From the NCBI GenBank assembly GCA_041690135.1, contig JAWLHY010000004.1, positions 224,001 to 288,000 of the forward strand: a stretch of 64,000 nucleotides of DNA, in the 5' to 3' direction. Each line of letters starts with the position of its first letter. The stretch's first letter is position 1. This DNA is from Armatimonadota bacterium (GTDB lineage Bacteria; Armatimonadota; SYMT01). The notes under the pieces were generated by a model. That model saw nothing but the letters and a program-made list of their open reading frames with translations, was not told the origin of the DNA and searched no databases. Of this stretch, positions 19,116 through 29,243 are shown one piece after another. The position numbers and the translations under genes were made by a program.

Positions 19116-22100
19116 TTCCGGACGTCTCCGATTTTTACGTCACCGGCGGCACGCTGAGTCAGGACACTCCTTCCTACGTGGCCCGCCGCGCCGACTCGGA
19201 GTTGTACAGAGGCCTCCGGCGTGGGGAGTTCTGTTACGTACTAACCGCGCGGCAGATGGGGAAGTCCTCGCTCATGGTGCGCACCGCCGAACGTCTGCGC
19301 GAGGACGGCTTCACGGTGGCAACCCTCGACCTCACCATGGTGGGCCAGAACCTGACGATCGAGCAATGGTACTACGGTCTGCTCAATCTCCTCGGGCGCC
19401 AGTTGGGCCTGCGGCCGCAACTGCGCGAATTCTGGTTACAGCACGCGCAATTGAGCCCTCTGCAGCGCTTCATGACCGCCCTGCGCGAAGTCGTCCTGGA
19501 GCAGTTGGTCGCGACAGAGCAGCACACGTCCACCGCTGTGGCCGGCCTGCAGGACCCGAGCCTCGCCAGTGCTGAGGAAAGCACTGGCGCGCCCTCCCCT
19601 CTTCCCGCTCCACCCTCTCACACTCACCACGCCTGCGCGCCTCGCCTCGTCCTGTTCATCGACGAGATCGATACCGTCCTCAGCCTTCCGTTCAGTACCG
19701 GGGAGTTCTTCGCCGCCATCCGGGAATGCTACAACCGGCGGTCCGAAGACCCCGCGCTGGAGGGCCTCACTTTCTGCCTCCTGGGGGTGGCTTCTCCTTC
19801 CGACCTGATACGCGATCCCCGCACCACCCCCTTCAACATCGGCCTTCGGATCGAACTCCAGGACTTCACCCTGACCGAGGCCGGTCCCCTGGCTGTTGGG
19901 CTCCAACTAGGCGCGGCGGGTGCTCCCCTCCGGTCGCCCAGGGTCGCGCTGCGGCTACTCCGCAGGATCCATTACTGGACAGACGGGCATCCCTATCTCA
20001 CCCAGCGGCTCTGCCGAGCAGTGGCGGAAGACCCGACCGCACGCGATCGCCGTGGCGTGGACCGGATCTGCCGCCGCCTCTTCCTGGAGCCGGGGGCGCA
20101 GCAACGCGACGACAACCTGCTCTTTGTCCAGGAACGGTTGACCTCCGGGGGCGGCGACACCGCCGGGTACCTGGAACTGTATTCCCGGATCCGGGCCGGC
20201 CGGCCGGTCCCCTGCGACGAGCGAGATCTCCGGGTGCCCACTCTCCGGCTCTCCGGCATCATCGGTGTGCGCCGGAACCTGCTGCGGGTGCGCAACCGGA
20301 TCTACTACACCCTGTTCGATCAACGCTGGGTGCAGTCCCATCTTCCGGATGCGGAGGTCCGGCGACAACTCGCCGCCTATCGCCGGGGTCTGCTGCGGTC
20401 CACTCTCCTTTCGAGCCTGGTCATCCTCGCATTGGCCGGCCTTTCCGTGGGTCTCTTTCACCAGCGCAACACCGCACGGAGGGCCTCCGCCACATACGCT
20501 CTGCAACGAGGAATACAACTGCTGCGGGATGGTGACGGGACTGGCCTGCTCGATCTCCTCGAAGCGTACCGAACCGCGGGAGGCGACCGCGATCTCCAGC
20601 AGTCCATTGGGAGAATCTGGGCGGGCTGGTACAACACCCACGCCGGACGCTTGATGGAAGTTCTGGATGCTGGGGAGGACATCGCCGCGCTGGCCGTTCG
20701 ACCCGACGCCAGGCAGCTTGCAGTAGGCGGCGCCCAAGGTGGACTGCGCCTGTACAACACCTCGAACTGGACGTCCGCCAGTCCCGCCCTGCGACATCCG
20801 GAACCTCTGACACAACTAGTGTACGCTGCCCGGCGGCCCTTCCTGGCGGGCCGCGGAGACCACATGGTTCAGGTGTGGGACCACTCCGGAAGCCGGTTAC
20901 TGCACCGGTTTCGCTCACCGGACCGCATCCGTGCTGTAAGCTTTGTCGGATCAGGCGAGCTTCTTGCGGTCCGCACTACACGCCAGGTTCACCTCTGGGA
21001 GACTACCGGCTGGCACGCAGTTCCTTCACCGAACACCGGCACGGATGGAGTGGTGGACGCAGCGTTCGGACCGGGACGGGATAGACCCGTAGCGCTAGCA
21101 ACCACGCACGGAGTAATCCTCCATTGGCTCAGAAGCGGACGGCAGCATCTCCTGCGACTGCCGGAGGGTGGTGTCAATCACCTTCAGTTCAATTCTACCG
21201 GCAAACTGCTTGCCCTTTCCTGGGGCGATCGCCTACGCCTCTGGGACGTGGAGAGGAGATCTTTTCGGCCGGAAATCTTCAATTCTCCCGAGCCCATTAA
21301 GGCGGTGCAGTTCGGCCCACGAGACTGTCTCATCGCCCAGTCGGAAGAAATGGTGCGCCTCTGGTCAACCAGCGAGTACCCGGGGATGGGCCTTCCGCTG
21401 CCGCACGGTGCGGAGATCCGCACCACGACCCTGCCAGAAAGGGGACCGTCGATTCTGACCCTGTCCGCAAGTCGCATCCGTCTGTGGGACCTGGCGACCG
21501 GTCGGGAGCGGGCGAGTGTTGCAAACCAGGGAGGATTCGGGGCCGTGGCGTGCGACCCACAGTTCCGCTGGATCGCCTCCGCACCCACCGGCAGTACCCT
21601 GCGGATCTGGAAGTTCCCAGCCAACCCCTCCCCCAACGAAGTAGTCGGACGCAACGTCGCGCCGGAACTCGCCTGGTATCAAATGGACGGAAGCGCGCTT
21701 CACACAGCGGACCGCAATACGATGTTCATCCGGACCGGCCATACCGGACGGAGAACAACCGAACGGCGGGATTTAAGGGGAACCGGTTATCGGCTGGCAG
21801 TCAGCCCCCAGCGGGAGTTCCTGGCAACCACTGGAACCGGCTCCCTTCACCTGTGGAACGGCCGAACGGGTGATCCGCTGGGGAGACCTCTACCCCACAC
21901 CGGTGTGCCGAGTTGTCTCGATTTCAGCCCAAGTGGGAAACAGATCGCTCTGGGATCCGACTCTCGGCACCTCTGGATCTCAGACACGGCAACCAACCAG
22001 CTAACCAGGCCACCCCTAGAGCTACCCTTTGCACCCCAATACACTGCATTCAGCACGGTTGGTTCTTGGGTCGCGGCGGCGGACACCAAACGGATTGAAG

Positions 22101-22801
22101 TCCACTCCCTTAACGGCCAGGCGGAACATTATCGGATTCAACCCGAGGGCGCGATCTTCTGGATTGGCTTCATTCCCGGCACTCAAGTGCTGATCGCGGC
22201 GGCCGGCAATACCCTGACGCAGTACGACTGCTCGTCCGGGAGTTCCCAACTCCGAGTGGTTCACCTGCCGGCTCGTCTTCGGAGTGTCGCGTGCGATTAC
22301 CCTCGCGGAAGGCTGGCGATTGCGACAAAGGATCACCAGGTCCGCATCCTCGGCCTCCACCAGATGCAACCCGTTGGCCCTGAACTCCGCCTGGAGGAGC
22401 CGGTGAGCACAATGGCCTTCAGCGCGGACGGCACGTCGCTTGCTACCTGTACAGCATTCAGAATGGTTCAGGTCTGGGATCTGCGCACAGGTCAGCCGAC
22501 CGGTCAGCGGCTGGCGCACCCGACACTGGTGCGAACTCTCGAGTTTCATCCGGAAGGCGAGGAACTGGCCGCGCTCACGGATAGCGGCCTTCACCTCTGG
22601 AAGCTTCCCAGGCCGGAGGTATCTCTACAAGAGATGCAGCGAATGTCCTGGGTGGCCCTCGACACCTGGAGTATTGGCCAGGCGGTCGAAGCCATTCCCG
22701 CCGGGGTATGGCGCCGAATGCGGGATGGGCTCCGCGCACGATTGGCGGGAAAGCCAGAAGTCGGTCGACCTAGGCCCGCCCCACGGATAGCCAATCTGTA
22801 G
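19112..22801 (+). CDS. AAA_35 NTPase / hydrophobic helix / WD40-repeat protein
   Basis: FYVTGGTL..SYVARRAD, TARQMGKSS, FIDEID, TPFNIG and GHPYLTQRLC; hydrophobic LLSSLVILALAGLSVGLF; many degenerate WD repeats (RLWD, QVWD, RIWK). ATGA overlap with the upstream gene. Confidence 0.9.
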   Translation: MIPDVSDFYVTGGTLSQDTPSYVARRADSELYRGLRRGEFCYVLTARQMGKSSLMVRTAERLREDGFTVATLDLTMVGQNLTIEQWYYGLLNLLGRQLGLRPQLREFWLQHAQLSPLQRFMTALREVVLEQLVATEQHTSTAVAGLQDPSLASAEESTGAPSPLPAPPSHTHHACAPRLVLFIDEIDTVLSLPFSTGEFFAAIRECYNRRSEDPALEGLTFCLLGVASPSDLIRDPRTTPFNIGLRIELQDFTLTEAGPLAVGLQLGAAGAPLRSPRVALRLLRRIHYWTDGHPYLTQRLCRAVAEDPTARDRRGVDRICRRLFLEPGAQQRDDNLLFVQERLTSGGGDTAGYLELYSRIRAGRPVPCDERDLRVPTLRLSGIIGVRRNLLRVRNRIYYTLFDQRWVQSHLPDAEVRRQLAAYRRGLLRSTLLSSLVILALAGLSVGLFHQRNTARRASATYALQRGIQLLRDGDGTGLLDLLEAYRTAGGDRDLQQSIGRIWAGWYNTHAGRLMEVLDAGEDIAALAVRPDARQLAVGGAQGGLRLYNTSNWTSASPALRHPEPLTQLVYAARRPFLAGRGDHMVQVWDHSGSRLLHRFRSPDRIRAVSFVGSGELLAVRTTRQVHLWETTGWHAVPSPNTGTDGVVDAAFGPGRDRPVALATTHGVILHWLRSGRQHLLRLPEGGVNHLQFNSTGKLLALSWGDRLRLWDVERRSFRPEIFNSPEPIKAVQFGPRDCLIAQSEEMVRLWSTSEYPGMGLPLPHGAEIRTTTLPERGPSILTLSASRIRLWDLATGRERASVANQGGFGAVACDPQFRWIASAPTGSTLRIWKFPANPSPNEVVGRNVAPELAWYQMDGSALHTADRNTMFIRTGHTGRRTTERRDLRGTGYRLAVSPQREFLATTGTGSLHLWNGRTGDPLGRPLPHTGVPSCLDFSPSGKQIALGSDSRHLWISDTATNQLTRPPLELPFAPQYTAFSTVGSWVAAADTKRIEVHSLNGQAEHYRIQPEGAIFWIGFIPGTQVLIAAAGNTLTQYDCSSGSSQLRVVHLPARLRSVACDYPRGRLAIATKDHQVRILGLHQMQPVGPELRLEEPVSTMAFSADGTSLATCTAFRMVQVWDLRTGQPTGQRLAHPTLVRTLEFHPEGEELAALTDSGLHLWKLPRPEVSLQEMQRMSWVALDTWSIGQAVEAIPAGVWRRMRDGLRARLAGKPEVGRPRPAPRIANL

Positions 22802-22839
22802 TTAGTACGATCTATGACCAGTAACGAAAGGAGTTAGAG

Positions 22840-23253
22840 ATGATCAACGCGATGTGCCTTTACGAGGTAGACCCCATCAAAGCTCAAGACCTGGCGGATT
22901 ACGAGTATGCAGCGAAGTTCAACCTCTCCGTGAGCATGGATGTATCACCCAACGAGCGCCTGGTACTTTACGTGGACATCGATCCAACACTCAAGGACAG
23001 CCCCATTGTCAAAGAGCTTCTCCAGACGACCCTGGAAGTAATGGCCACCCGCCCTGTGAAGACGGAAGCTGCCGGAGGCGAATACAAGCCGTGCTACCAC
23101 GGATTCCACCTTCACAACCCTGTTAGTGGCACTCAGGGAGCTTGCACTCTTGATTCACACCACACGAGTTGTGATAGCTTCGGACCGGATACGGAGCAGA
23201 GTTGTGTGGCGTCCAGCTCCAAGTTCAAGTGCACCCATATCGAGCAACCGTAG
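22840..23253 (+). CDS. Small hypothetical protein with Cys/His-rich C-terminus
   Basis: Strong RBS AAAGGAG before the ATG; 137 aa; five Cys and several His after AAGG. Confidence 0.7.
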   Translation: MINAMCLYEVDPIKAQDLADYEYAAKFNLSVSMDVSPNERLVLYVDIDPTLKDSPIVKELLQTTLEVMATRPVKTEAAGGEYKPCYHGFHLHNPVSGTQGACTLDSHHTSCDSFGPDTEQSCVASSSKFKCTHIEQP

Positions 23254-23395
23254 GCGCACGGTATTTTGACCGGACCAGTCGCGCAGGAGCACGGGAGATA
23301 GGCTGTCGGCTCGTGTTCCTGCGTGACACGGAGCCGGATAATTCCGCATCGGTTGAGGCAGGACCGATGCGGATTCAACCACTGGGGCGTTGTTA

Positions 23396-24211
23396 CTAAT
23401 CCGGTGCGAACCACGCCTCCGCCTCCGGGATTTCGCCGGTGAAAGCTTGGTAGGGATACCACTTGGCGTGTGCATCGAAATGGATCACATTCTGACCAAG
23501 ACTGTGTCGTGTATGCGCCTTTGGGTCTATCTCCGCCCCCCCGCCTCCGGCCCACGGCCAGTATTGATCGGCGTTGGCGGCCTGCATCGGGTTTATTGTT
23601 GAATGATTTGCAAATGCAACCCGCGTCACCTCGGCGTAAAACCAGACCGCGTCGGCAAGCATGACTTTCTCACTTGGCTTCGTAATCGCCGCCAGGGCGA
23701 AGCCGGGTACCGCACACCCACCTGTAACAGATCCGCGGCACTGACGGAATAGAAACATGTTCCACCCGTAGCCGTGAGCCCGCCCGCGGCTCGTGTCACC
23801 GGGAAAACAAAAGCTCTGCGGAAATCCATAGGAGCCAATCATGCAAGACTGTTGGCTTGCGTTCCAGAGTACTCGATCGCGCGGACCGCTGGGACACGCG
23901 TAGATCTCCACGCTCTTCACATATGGATGGATGCGGGTTTCCACGCGCGTGTCCGGATTGGCGGTACTGCACGGCTGGGATGGGGATCCACTGCGGCAAC
24001 TGGACGCATCGACTGGGTAGAGTTCGTCATGGTCGGTTGCATACTGTTCGACGGCCGCGGCGATCTGCTTTAAGTTACTCAAGCAAACGACCTTACGCGA
24101 CGCCTCGCGCGCGCTGGCAAACACAGGAAAGAGAAAAGCAGCAAGCACGGCGATGATGGCAATCACGACCAGCAGCTCGATCAGGGTGAAACCGCGATTC
24201 CGCCCAGGCAT
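23396..24211 (-). CDS. Prepilin-type N-terminal cleavage/methylation domain protein (DUF1559-like)
   Basis: [45 protein letters not shown]; YACPS; C-terminal [17 protein letters not shown], a variant of the H-X9-DG motif. Confidence 0.92.
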   Translation of the reverse strand: MPGRNRGFTLIELLVVIAIIAVLAAFLFPVFASAREASRKVVCLSNLKQIAAAVEQYATDHDELYPVDASSCRSGSPSQPCSTANPDTRVETRIHPYVKSVEIYACPSGPRDRVLWNASQQSCMIGSYGFPQSFCFPGDTSRGRAHGYGWNMFLFRQCRGSVTGGCAVPGFALAAITKPSEKVMLADAVWFYAEVTRVAFANHSTINPMQAANADQYWPWAGGGGAEIDPKAHTRHSLGQNVIHFDAHAKWYPYQAFTGEIPEAEAWFAPD

Positions 24212-24435
24212 CTCTATCTCCTTCCAAGTGCTCGTCATCCGCGAAGCTCCGGGGGTGGTGTCGCTCTGACGCCAAACAGTCCGAACGCCCGGCGGGCTCT
24301 GGCTCCAGCGTACACAATCCAGTTTCACTGCAGGCAAAGAAACACCTGCCTGCCCGGTGGGCAATTCCTGTATCGAACCAACTTCCTGCCTTTTTAAACG
24401 CTACTGGACCACTCATTCAAAAGGAACACTCACCG

Positions 24436-25968
24436 ATGAAACAGCGACATGGCGAGGGAGACCGACTCTTCCCGGGAAGCGCCCGGCTTGAAGCTCGGGG
24501 GATTGAGATCACGGAGGCAACAGCTCTCTTGAGCACTTTCACCGGCCCTGGGCAGTTCGGGTTGTTGTTTCCCGACCTGAATCCCTTCCGGCCTACCGAC
24601 GCCCAACTCATGGCGCTCGGTAAGGCGATGGAAGACGCAAACTTCCGCGACAAACCGGAGCCCAAAGCCGGTGACCATCCTTCGCTCCCCGCCGGCTACA
24701 CGTATCTCGGTCAGTTCGTGGATCACGACATTACGTTCGATAAAATGCGGTCCATACCGCCACAGGCCGTAGATCCGGCCACCCTCAAGCAGGCACGGAC
24801 TCCGGCGCTCGATCTCGACTCGCTCTATGGCTTGGGACCGGAAACAGATCAAGGCCTGTATCAATTGGATTTCGGCCCGGACCACGCTCGTTTCAAGATC
24901 GGTGCTACCCGCGGCGAGGAGACCGCGGGGGATCAACTCCTCAAACAGTCCCTGCCGCACGATCTCTTCCGCAATGCTGAAGGGGCAGCCGTGATCGCGG
25001 ACGAGCGCAATGACGAGAACGTCGTGATTGCACAGTTGCACCTCGCCTTTCAGCGCTTCCACAACAAGGTTCTCGACGGGTTGGCGGCGGGTACGGTGGC
25101 GTCGGCCGGAGGCGACACCCCTTTCGAGCAGGCGCGCCGGCTGGTCCGGTGGCATTACCAGTGGATTGTTTGGGAGGATTTCCTACCCCGGATCGTTGAC
25201 CCCGCAGTGCTTCAGAGAGTCCGCAAGGAGGGTCGGAAGCATTACCAGTGGGACGTGGCGAGCGGCCCCTATATGCCTCTAGAGTTCTCGGTGGCGGCCT
25301 ACCGGATGGGGCACAGTCTGATCCGCCAGTCATACGAATTCAATCGCGTTTTTAGTACCGGGTCGGGAGAGGGAAGAGCCAGGCTCCATCAACTGCTACT
25401 CAACACCGGACCCGGCGTCGAAGTTCCCTTGGAAACGAAGTGGATCATCGACTGGCAACACTTCTTCTCGCTCGACCCAGCGGTGAGCCCCAATCCCTCC
25501 CGCCGCCTGGACACCGTCCTTGCGAACCCGCTGGGGGAACTAATGCGGTTTGTGAACACCTCCGACCTGCCGGCATCGCTGGCCCAGCGCAACCTGCTGC
25601 GGGGCAGCCGGTTAGGGTTGCCCTCCGGACAGGACGTGGCAAAACACCTTGGCATCCCACCCCTCACGAAGGATGAGTTGTCTACCGGCAAGACCGGGGA
25701 CGCAGCCGCGACGGCGGAACTGGTCGAGCAGACGCCGTTGTGGTTCTACATCCTCAAAGAGGCCGAGATGCGGGAAAGCGGCGAGCGCCTGGGGCCGGTG
25801 GGGAGCCTTATCCTGGCGGAGGTGTTCGTCGGGCTGCTGGAGGGGGACCCGGAGTCCTTCTTCCGCGCGGATTCCCCCTGGGTGCCCACGCTCGGTCCGG
25901 TGCCGGGGCAGTTCACCATGGCTGATCTTCTCCGTTTTGTAGGATACGTCAACCCGCTGGGCAAGTAG
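24436..25968 (+). CDS. Heme peroxidase, peroxidase-cyclooxygenase (animal-type) superfamily, copy 1
   Basis: GYTYLGQFVDHDIT, LDLDSLYG, DERNDEN, EFSVAAYRMGHS, LPSGQ and TPLWFYILKEAE. RBS AAGGA. Confidence 0.92.
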   Translation: MKQRHGEGDRLFPGSARLEARGIEITEATALLSTFTGPGQFGLLFPDLNPFRPTDAQLMALGKAMEDANFRDKPEPKAGDHPSLPAGYTYLGQFVDHDITFDKMRSIPPQAVDPATLKQARTPALDLDSLYGLGPETDQGLYQLDFGPDHARFKIGATRGEETAGDQLLKQSLPHDLFRNAEGAAVIADERNDENVVIAQLHLAFQRFHNKVLDGLAAGTVASAGGDTPFEQARRLVRWHYQWIVWEDFLPRIVDPAVLQRVRKEGRKHYQWDVASGPYMPLEFSVAAYRMGHSLIRQSYEFNRVFSTGSGEGRARLHQLLLNTGPGVEVPLETKWIIDWQHFFSLDPAVSPNPSRRLDTVLANPLGELMRFVNTSDLPASLAQRNLLRGSRLGLPSGQDVAKHLGIPPLTKDELSTGKTGDAAATAELVEQTPLWFYILKEAEMRESGERLGPVGSLILAEVFVGLLEGDPESFFRADSPWVPTLGPVPGQFTMADLLRFVGYVNPLGK

Positions 25969-26162
25969 TGACGGGCACTGCAAAGCGGGTCGTTTCCGCC
26001 ACCTCGCAGCGCGTGCGCCCGGCGGCTCTGGAACCCGGCAAATTCAGGGAAGGGGCCGACACAGCAGCAAGACTGAAAAATGTTGGCCCGTTCGGCGTAC
26101 TGACAGCATGGGGACGGCTTTACCGTCCCCAACATCACCTACGGCGAACGGAGGCTACCCTC

Positions 26163-27731
26163 ATGCAACGGCACCACGGAGACGCGCCCCGCCTGCTGCC
26201 CGGCAACCCGGCCCTGGATGCGCAGGGAGCAGAGATCACGCGGAGCGTATCGGTCCTGAGTACCTTCACCGGCCCCGGCGAGTTCGGCCGGATGCTGCCC
26301 GACCTCTTGCCCTTCCGGCCGAGCGATCGGGCACTCATCGAACTGGGTGTGGCGATGGAGGACGCCGATTTCGGCACGGACCCGGAAGACCCGGACGGGG
26401 ACAACCCGAACATCCCCGCCGGCTTCACCTATTTCGGGCAGTTCGTCGATCACGACATCACCTTCGATAAGACGGAGGGATTTCCCGACGAGGCCCTGGA
26501 CCCGGAGGTGATTGTGCAGGCCCGCACGCCTTCCCTGGACCTCGACAGCCTCTACGGTTTGGGGCCGGAGCTCCAGCCGGACCTGTACGAGCCGGGAGAT
26601 CCGGCGGACCGCGCCCGGTTTCGGATTGGCGCTACCAGCGGGGAGTCGTCACCCGATGAAACGGGGCAGCCCCTCCCTGTTTCGCTGCCGCACGACCTTC
26701 CACGGGGCGCCGATAACCGGGCCCTGATCGGCGACCCGCGCAACGACGAGAACCTGGCGGTAGCGCAAACTCATCTCGCGTTCCTCCAATTCCACAACCG
26801 GGTGCTGGAGCAGCTCCTGGCGGGCGAAGTGGCGCCGGTCTGTACGGGAACGCCCTTCGAGCAGGCCCGGCAGATCGTGCGCTGGCATTACCAGTGGATC
26901 GTGCTCCACGACTTCGTGGCCCGCCTGGTGGATCCGGAAATCCTGGCTCGCGTGCTGGCGGAAGGGCGCCGCTTCTATCTGTGGGAACAGCATCCCTCGG
27001 GACGCCCCTTCATGCCCATCGAGCATTCCGTGGCGGCCTACCGCCTGGGCCACAGCATGATCCGGCAGAACTACAACTTCAACCGGGTGTTCCGCACCGG
27101 TGGGCTGGCCGTGGCCGGGCTCGATCTCCTGTTCCACTTCACCGGAAACAACCGGCCGGCGCCCGTGCCGGGACTGCCACCGGGCGCCCCCATTCCTTCG
27201 AACTGGATCATCGATTGGAGGCGTTTCTTCGCGCTCGACCCGGCGGTAACGCCGAACGCTTCCCGCAAGCTGGACACCCGCCTGGCCAACCCGCTCCGCT
27301 CGCTACCGGAGTTCCGGGGCACCGACAACCAGCCGGAGTCTCTCGCGCAGCGCAACCTGCTGCGCGGCAGCCGTCTCGGTCTTCCCTCCGGACAGGACGT
27401 AGCCGAGCGCCTGGACATCGATCCGCTCCCGGCAGAGGTCATTGCCACCGGACCGGCGGGAGAGGTGGCGGCTCGGCATCACCTGCAGCACCAGACCCCC
27501 CTCTGGTTCTACATCCTGAAAGAAGCGGAGGCGCTCGAAAGCGGGGTCCGGTTAGGACCGGTGGGCAGCATCCTCATCGCGGAGGTATTCGTGGGGCTCC
27601 TCCAGGGAGATCCGCTCTCCTTCATGAAGGCCGATCCGGATTGGAAGCCCACGCTCCCGTCCGCCACGCCAGGCGCCTTTTCCATGGCCGACCTGCTGGC
27701 CTACGTCGGCAACGTCAACCCCCTGGGATGA
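26163..27731 (+). CDS. Heme peroxidase, copy 2 (tandem paralog)
   Basis: GFTYFGQFVDHDIT, DPRNDEN, AAYRLGHS and TPLWFYILKEAE. Start MQRHHGD aligns with copy 1 and has GGAGG upstream. Confidence 0.92.
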   Translation: MQRHHGDAPRLLPGNPALDAQGAEITRSVSVLSTFTGPGEFGRMLPDLLPFRPSDRALIELGVAMEDADFGTDPEDPDGDNPNIPAGFTYFGQFVDHDITFDKTEGFPDEALDPEVIVQARTPSLDLDSLYGLGPELQPDLYEPGDPADRARFRIGATSGESSPDETGQPLPVSLPHDLPRGADNRALIGDPRNDENLAVAQTHLAFLQFHNRVLEQLLAGEVAPVCTGTPFEQARQIVRWHYQWIVLHDFVARLVDPEILARVLAEGRRFYLWEQHPSGRPFMPIEHSVAAYRLGHSMIRQNYNFNRVFRTGGLAVAGLDLLFHFTGNNRPAPVPGLPPGAPIPSNWIIDWRRFFALDPAVTPNASRKLDTRLANPLRSLPEFRGTDNQPESLAQRNLLRGSRLGLPSGQDVAERLDIDPLPAEVIATGPAGEVAARHHLQHQTPLWFYILKEAEALESGVRLGPVGSILIAEVFVGLLQGDPLSFMKADPDWKPTLPSATPGAFSMADLLAYVGNVNPLG

Positions 27732-27850
27732 TCCAGACCGCGTGAGCCCGGGTCCGTTCGAGTGTGCGCGATCGGTGAATAACCCGGCCGTTTCGTTGTG
27801 CGGCGCGGAGAAAGTCTCCCGCCGCACTTCTTTAGATACGAGGTGGGAAA

Positions 27851-28936
27851 ATGCCTGAAGATCCCGGAGACGGCAGTTCAAAGTTGTTCCAGAAACTTTC
27901 GCTCCTCCCGCAGGCGCGGGTGATTGGAGCGCTGGTTGGTCACTCCATGTTGCTGACCCTTCTGGTGACTTATGCTCTGATCGAGGTGTTTCCCCACGCC
28001 TCGCTTACTCGCCACATCAACGCAAATCTGTCGGCGCCGGTCAATACCAACACGCCGCCCGCTGATCCTGCTAACGTGCCCAACCCGTCCGCCGGGAATG
28101 GCACCAACGGCACGGGGACGGGCACTGGCAACGCATCTCCAGCTACCGCCGGCAAACCTACCGGTTCCCCGACCCCTGGCGTCGGAACTGATGGCTCCGC
28201 TACCTCACCTTCCAACGCAAAGCCGGCCAGTCAGGGCCAGGCACCAGGTGCGCCGGCAGCCGCTTTCACGGAACGGTCACGAGTAACTCTCTTCCAGGTA
28301 CTGACGATTGCCATCACGTGGGAGGCCCGACTACTCCTGATGGTAGCCCTGGCCGGAGTATTAGGCAGCCTCATCCACGCGATGACCTCCCTCACGGACT
28401 ACATCGGTAATCGAAGTCTGGTACTGAGCTGGATACCGTGGTATCTGCTTCGCCCTCTCAACGGCATGGCGCTCGCGCTGCTTTGCTATATCGCTGTTCG
28501 AGCCGCCGGCCCAGCCACTCCCGAGTACAATCCGTTTAGCTTTGCATTACTGGCGGGGCTTGCCGGTCTCTTTTCCAAACAGGCAACTGACAAACTCGAG
28601 GAACTATTCAGCCTGCTTCTGCGCCCCTCTCCTGGCAAGGGAGACCAGGCGAGGAAGGATTCCCTGGTGCAAAAGCCGGTGCTCTCGGCGTTAGACCCTA
28701 AGGAGCTCACGGCGGGAGCGGCCAGTGCCACAGTGAGGTTGCTCGGCAGTGGATTCTCTGCGGCCCTGGGGGTTACGGTCAACGGCCAGGCAAGACCTTA
28801 CGTGATGATGTCCCCAACGGAACTGCGCGTGGACCTGCGGACCGAGGACTTGGCTCAGCCGGGTGATCTCACGGTTGTGCTGGTGCATCAACCCACGGGT
28901 GCGCAGATCGGTTCGCTTCGGGTCCCCGTGCAGTAG
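27851..28936 (+). CDS. Multi-pass membrane protein with C-terminal IPT/TIG-like domain
   Basis: TM block GVLGSLIHAMTSL...WYLLRP...LAGLAGLFSKQATDKL; P/T/G/N-rich loop; PVLSALDP...VRLLGSGF at the C-terminus. Confidence 0.75.
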   Translation: MPEDPGDGSSKLFQKLSLLPQARVIGALVGHSMLLTLLVTYALIEVFPHASLTRHINANLSAPVNTNTPPADPANVPNPSAGNGTNGTGTGTGNASPATAGKPTGSPTPGVGTDGSATSPSNAKPASQGQAPGAPAAAFTERSRVTLFQVLTIAITWEARLLLMVALAGVLGSLIHAMTSLTDYIGNRSLVLSWIPWYLLRPLNGMALALLCYIAVRAAGPATPEYNPFSFALLAGLAGLFSKQATDKLEELFSLLLRPSPGKGDQARKDSLVQKPVLSALDPKELTAGAASATVRLLGSGFSAALGVTVNGQARPYVMMSPTELRVDLRTEDLAQPGDLTVVLVHQPTGAQIGSLRVPVQ

Positions 28937-29243
28937 CGTCCGGTGGGCCTTCGAAAAATACTCGGGCGGGTGCAAGACGCCACTGAAGAAGGAAGAGAGG
29001 TCTGCCAGCCACCGAACCCGAATGCAGAAGTGACCCTTGGCGATGGGGGCTCGACGCCACTTCCTGCCAGGTAACCTCGGAGTACCCTACAAGACAGGCT
29101 CCCAGGCCAGTTCGCCGTGGTTGATACCCGTTCTCGCAACCGCGCAAGTATCAACCACGGCAAAACATCGTCAACCGGTAGCCTGGACACAGGTCGGGGT
29201 TTCGCGGTACTTATGTCAGGGAAGGTAGAGAGGCGCGTCACCC

